A stretch of DNA of 14,086 bases, taken from the IMG/VR virus record IMGVR_UViG_2531839468_000012; one strand, 5' to 3'. Within the stretch, counting starts at the first letter, position 1. The number at the start of each line of letters is the position of its first letter. A program made the position numbers and the translations under genes. Shown here in pieces: positions 10,740 through 14,086 of this stretch. This stretch comes from a virus. Taxonomy: Duplodnaviria; Heunggongvirae; Uroviricota; Caudoviricetes. A model generated the notes under the pieces. It had not been told where the DNA came from and ran no database searches. It saw only the letters and a program-made list of their open reading frames with translations.

Positions 10740-12039
10740 TCTCCCGCATATTGCCAGCATGGCTTTTAATGAGCCGCTGATGCTTGAACCCGCCTATGCG
10801 CGGGTTTTCTTTTGTGCGCTTGCAGGCCAGCTTGGGATCAGTCGCCTGACGGATGCAGTATCCGGCGACAGCCTGACTGCCGGAGAGGCACCCGCGGCGC
10901 TGGCGTTATCCGGTGATGATGACGGACCACGACAGGCCCGCAGTTATCAGGTCATGAACGGCATCGCCGTGCTGCCGGTGTCCGGTACGCTGGTCAGCCG
11001 GACGCGGGCGCTGCAGCCGTATTCGGGAATGACCGGTTACAACGGCATTATCGCCCGTCTGCAACAGGCTGCCAGCGATCCGATGGTGGACGGCATTCTG
11101 CTCGATATGGACACACCGGGCGGGATGGTGGCGGGAGCATTTGACTGTGCTGACATCATCGCCCGTGTGCGTGACATAAAGCCGGTATGGGCGCTGGCCA
11201 ACGACATGAACTGCAGTGCAGGTCAGCTGCTTGCCAGCGCCGCCTCCCGGCGTCTGGTCACGCAGACCGCCCGGACAGGCTCCATCGGCGTCATGATGGC
11301 TCACAGTAATTACGGCGCTGCGCTGGAGAAACAGGGCGTGGAAATCACGCTGATTTACAGCGGCAGCCATAAGGTGGATGGCAACCCCTACAGCCATCTA
11401 CCGGGTGATGTCCGGGAGACACTGCAGTCCCGGATGGATGCAACCCGCCGGATGTTTGCGCAGAAGGTGTCGGCATATACCGGCCTGTCCGTGCAGGCTG
11501 TGCTGGATACCGAGGCTGCAGTGTATAGCGGTCAGGAGGCCATTGATGCCGGACTGGCTGATGAACTTGTCAACAGCACCGATGCGATCACCGTTATGCG
11601 TGATGCACTGGATGCACGTAAATCCCGTCTCTCAGGAGGGCGAATGACCAAAGAGACTCAATCAACAACTGTTTCAGCCACTGCTTCGCAGGCTGACGTT
11701 ACTGACGTGGTGCAAGCGACGGAGGGCGAAAACGCCAGCGCGGCGCAGCCGGACGTGAACGCGCAGATCACCGCTGCGGTTGCGGCAGAAAACAGCCGCA
11801 TTATGGGGATCCTCAACTGTGAGGAAGCTCACGGACGCGAAGAACAGGCACGTGTGCTGGCCGAAACCCCCGGTATGACCGTGGAAACGGCCCGCCGCAT
11901 TCTGGCAGCTGCACCACAGAGTGCACAGGCGCGCAGTGACACTGCGCTGGATCGTCTGATGCAGGGGGCACCGGCACCACTGGCTGCAGGTAACCCGGCA
12001 TCTGATGCCGTTAACGATTTGCTGAACACACCAGTGTAA
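10720..12039 (+). CDS. C: Head maturation protease / minor capsid protein gpC (ClpP/SppA-like S49 fold), 439 aa, GTG start
   Basis: GTG at 10720 gives MTAELRNLPHIASMAFNEPLMLEP..., a 20-nt overlap with the B 3' end as in lambda. The ORF-track start at 10585 is an upstream in-frame extension that overlaps B. Confidence 0.85.
11434..12039 (+). CDS. Nu3: Scaffolding protein gpNu3, in-frame internal start within C (shares the C-terminal 201 codons)
   Basis: In-frame ATG at 11434 (MDATRRMFAQKVSAY...), 714 nt into C, the same offset as lambda Nu3 relative to C (from memory). Confidence 0.6.
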   Translation: MDATRRMFAQKVSAYTGLSVQAVLDTEAAVYSGQEAIDAGLADELVNSTDAITVMRDALDARKSRLSGGRMTKETQSTTVSATASQADVTDVVQATEGENASAAQPDVNAQITAAVAAENSRIMGILNCEEAHGREEQARVLAETPGMTVETARRILAAAPQSAQARSDTALDRLMQGAPAPLAAGNPASDAVNDLLNTPV

Positions 12040-12048
12040 GGGATGTTT

Positions 12049-12381
12049 ATGACGAGCAAAGAAACCTTTACCCATTACCAGCCGCTGGGCAACAGTGACC
12101 CGGCACATACGGCAACCGCGCCCGGCGGATTGAGTGCGAAAGCGCCTGCAATGACCCCGCTGATGCTGGACACCTCCACCCGTAAGCTGGTTGCGTGGGA
12201 TGGCACCACCGACGGTACTGCCGTTGGCATTCTGGCGGTTGATGCTGACCAGACCAGCACCACGCTGACGTTCTACAAGTCCGGCACGTTCCGTTATGAG
12301 GATGTGCTCTGGCCGGAGGCTGCCAGCGACGAGACGAAAAAACGGACCGCGTTTGCCGGAACGGCAATCAGCATCGTTTAA
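12049..12381 (+). CDS. D: Head decoration protein gpD, 110 aa
   Basis: [27 protein letters not shown]...[12 protein letters not shown] at 12049 is 10 nt after the C/Nu3 stop, as in lambda. The ORF-track start at 12043 adds MF. Confidence 0.85.
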   Translation: MTSKETFTHYQPLGNSDPAHTATAPGGLSAKAPAMTPLMLDTSTRKLVAWDGTTDGTAVGILAVDADQTSTTLTFYKSGTFRYEDVLWPEAASDETKKRTAFAGTAISIV

Positions 12382-12400
12382 CCTTACCCTTCATCACTAA

Positions 12401-12424
12401 AGGCCGCCTGTGCGGCTTTTTTTA
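12401..12424 (+). terminator. Intrinsic-terminator-like hairpin between D and E
   Basis: AGGCCGC-ctgt-GCGGCT stem followed by TTTTTTT, immediately before the E start at 12437. Confidence 0.4.
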
Positions 12425-12436
12425 CGGGATTTTTTT

Positions 12437-13461
12437 ATGTCGATGTACACAACCGCCCAGCTGCTGGCGGCAAATGAGCAGAAATTTAAGTTTGATCCGC
12501 TGTTTCTGCGTCTCTTTTTCCGTGAGAGCTATCCCTTCACCACGGAGAAAGTCTATCTCTCACAAATTCCGGGACTGGTAAACATGGCGCTGTACGTTTC
12601 GCCGATTGTTTCCGGTGAGGTTATCCGTTCCCGTGGCGGCTCCACCTCTGAATTTACGCCGGGATATGTCAAACCCAAGCATGAGGTGAATCCGCAGATG
12701 ACCCTGCGTCGCCTGCCGGATGAAGATCCGCAGAATCTGGCGGACCCGGCTTACCGCCGCCGTCGCATCATCATGCAGAACATGCGAGACGAAGAGCTGG
12801 CCATTGCTCAGGTCGAAGAGATGCAGGCAGTTTCTGCTGTGCTTAAGGGCAAATACACCATGACCGGTGAAGCCTTCGATCCGGTTGAGGTGGATATGGG
12901 CCGCAGTGCGGCGAACAACATCACACAGTCCGGTGGTACGGAGTGGAGCAAGCGTGACAAGTCCACGTATGACCCGACCGACGATATCGAAGCCTATGCG
13001 CTGAACGCCAGCGGCGTGGTGAATATCATCGTGTTTGATCCGAAAGGCTGGGCGCTGTTCCGTTCCTTCAAAGCCGTCAAGGAGAAGCTGGATACCCGTC
13101 GCGGCTCTCATTCCGAGCTGGAGACAGCGGTAAAAGACCTGGGCGAAGCGGTGTCCTATAAGGGGATGTATGGCGATACGGCGATCGTCGTGTATTCCGG
13201 ACAGTACGTGGAAAACGACGTCAAAAAGAACTTCCTGCCGGACAACACGATGGTGCTGGGGAACACTCAGGCACGCGGTCTGCGCACCTATGGCTGCATT
13301 CAGGATGCGGACGCACAGCGCGAAGGTATTAACGCCTCTGCCCGCTCCCGAAAAACTGGGTGACCACCGGCGATCCGGCGCGTGAGTTCACCATGATTCA
13401 GTCAGCACCGCTGATGCTGCTGGCTGATCCTGATGCGTTCGTGTCCGTACAACTGGCGTAA
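12437..13461 (+). pseudogene. E: Major capsid protein gpE, disrupted near the 3' end by a -1 frameshift (1025 nt versus the 1026 expected); truncated ORF ends at 13363
   Basis: MSMYTTAQLLAANEQKFKFDPLFLRLFF... runs to ...GINASAR, then SRKTG and stop at 13361-13363. The remaining E C-terminus (PKNWVTTGDPAREFTMIQSAPLMLLADPDAFVSVQLA, stop 13459-13461) is encoded in the neighbouring frame. The frame change lies between 13343 and 13350, in CGCTCCCGAAAAA; the C-run 13347-13349 appears one C short. Confidence 0.75.
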
Positions 13462-13463
13462 TC

Positions 13464-13490
13464 ATGGCCCTTCGGGGCCATTTTCTCTCT
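13464..13490 (+). terminator. Stem-loop ATGGCCC-ttcg-GGGCCAT followed by a U-rich tract, between E and FI
   Basis: Perfect 7-bp GC-rich stem with a TTCG tetraloop, followed by TTTTCTCTCT, 3 nt after the E stop and about 12 nt before the FI Shine-Dalgarno (GGAGG, 13494-13498). Confidence 0.4.
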
Positions 13491-13502
13491 GTGGAGGAGT
13501 CC

Positions 13503-14086
<584 letters not shown>

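Noticed and set aside
12410-12436. Upstream start for E at 12410 (MRLFLRDFF...)
   Set aside because: It overlaps the D-E intergenic terminator-like hairpin. The ATG at 12437 gives the canonical MSMYTT N-terminus.

Overview
This window is the late region and left arm of a lambdoid prophage of E. coli type, not a novel system. Reading left to right: a partial DUF968 protein, a phage-82/DLP12-type Q antiterminator, a convergent hairpin cluster, an NmpC/Lc-type porin moron on the minus strand, a long AT-rich regulatory gap, a phage-21-type lysis cassette (dual-start pinholin, SAR endolysin), lambda-type Rz/Rz1 and bor, three AT-rich small ORFs of unknown function, the cos site, and a head module collinear with lambda (Nu1, A, W, B, C/Nu3, D, E, FI). 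The window ends in an IS3-family element inserted into FI. The most notable observations are disruptions: terminase A and capsid E each carry a single-base indel that splits the gene, FI is truncated by the IS, and the IS orfA start is itself out of frame. At least two of these indels sit in homopolymer runs, so they may be sequencing errors rather than real prophage decay. I found no CRISPR array, tRNA or rRNA. The best candidates for unexplored biology are the three small ORFs between bor and cos and the DUF968 protein. All comparisons to lambda, phage 21, phage 82 and IS911 rest on my recollection of those sequences and need an alignment to confirm.
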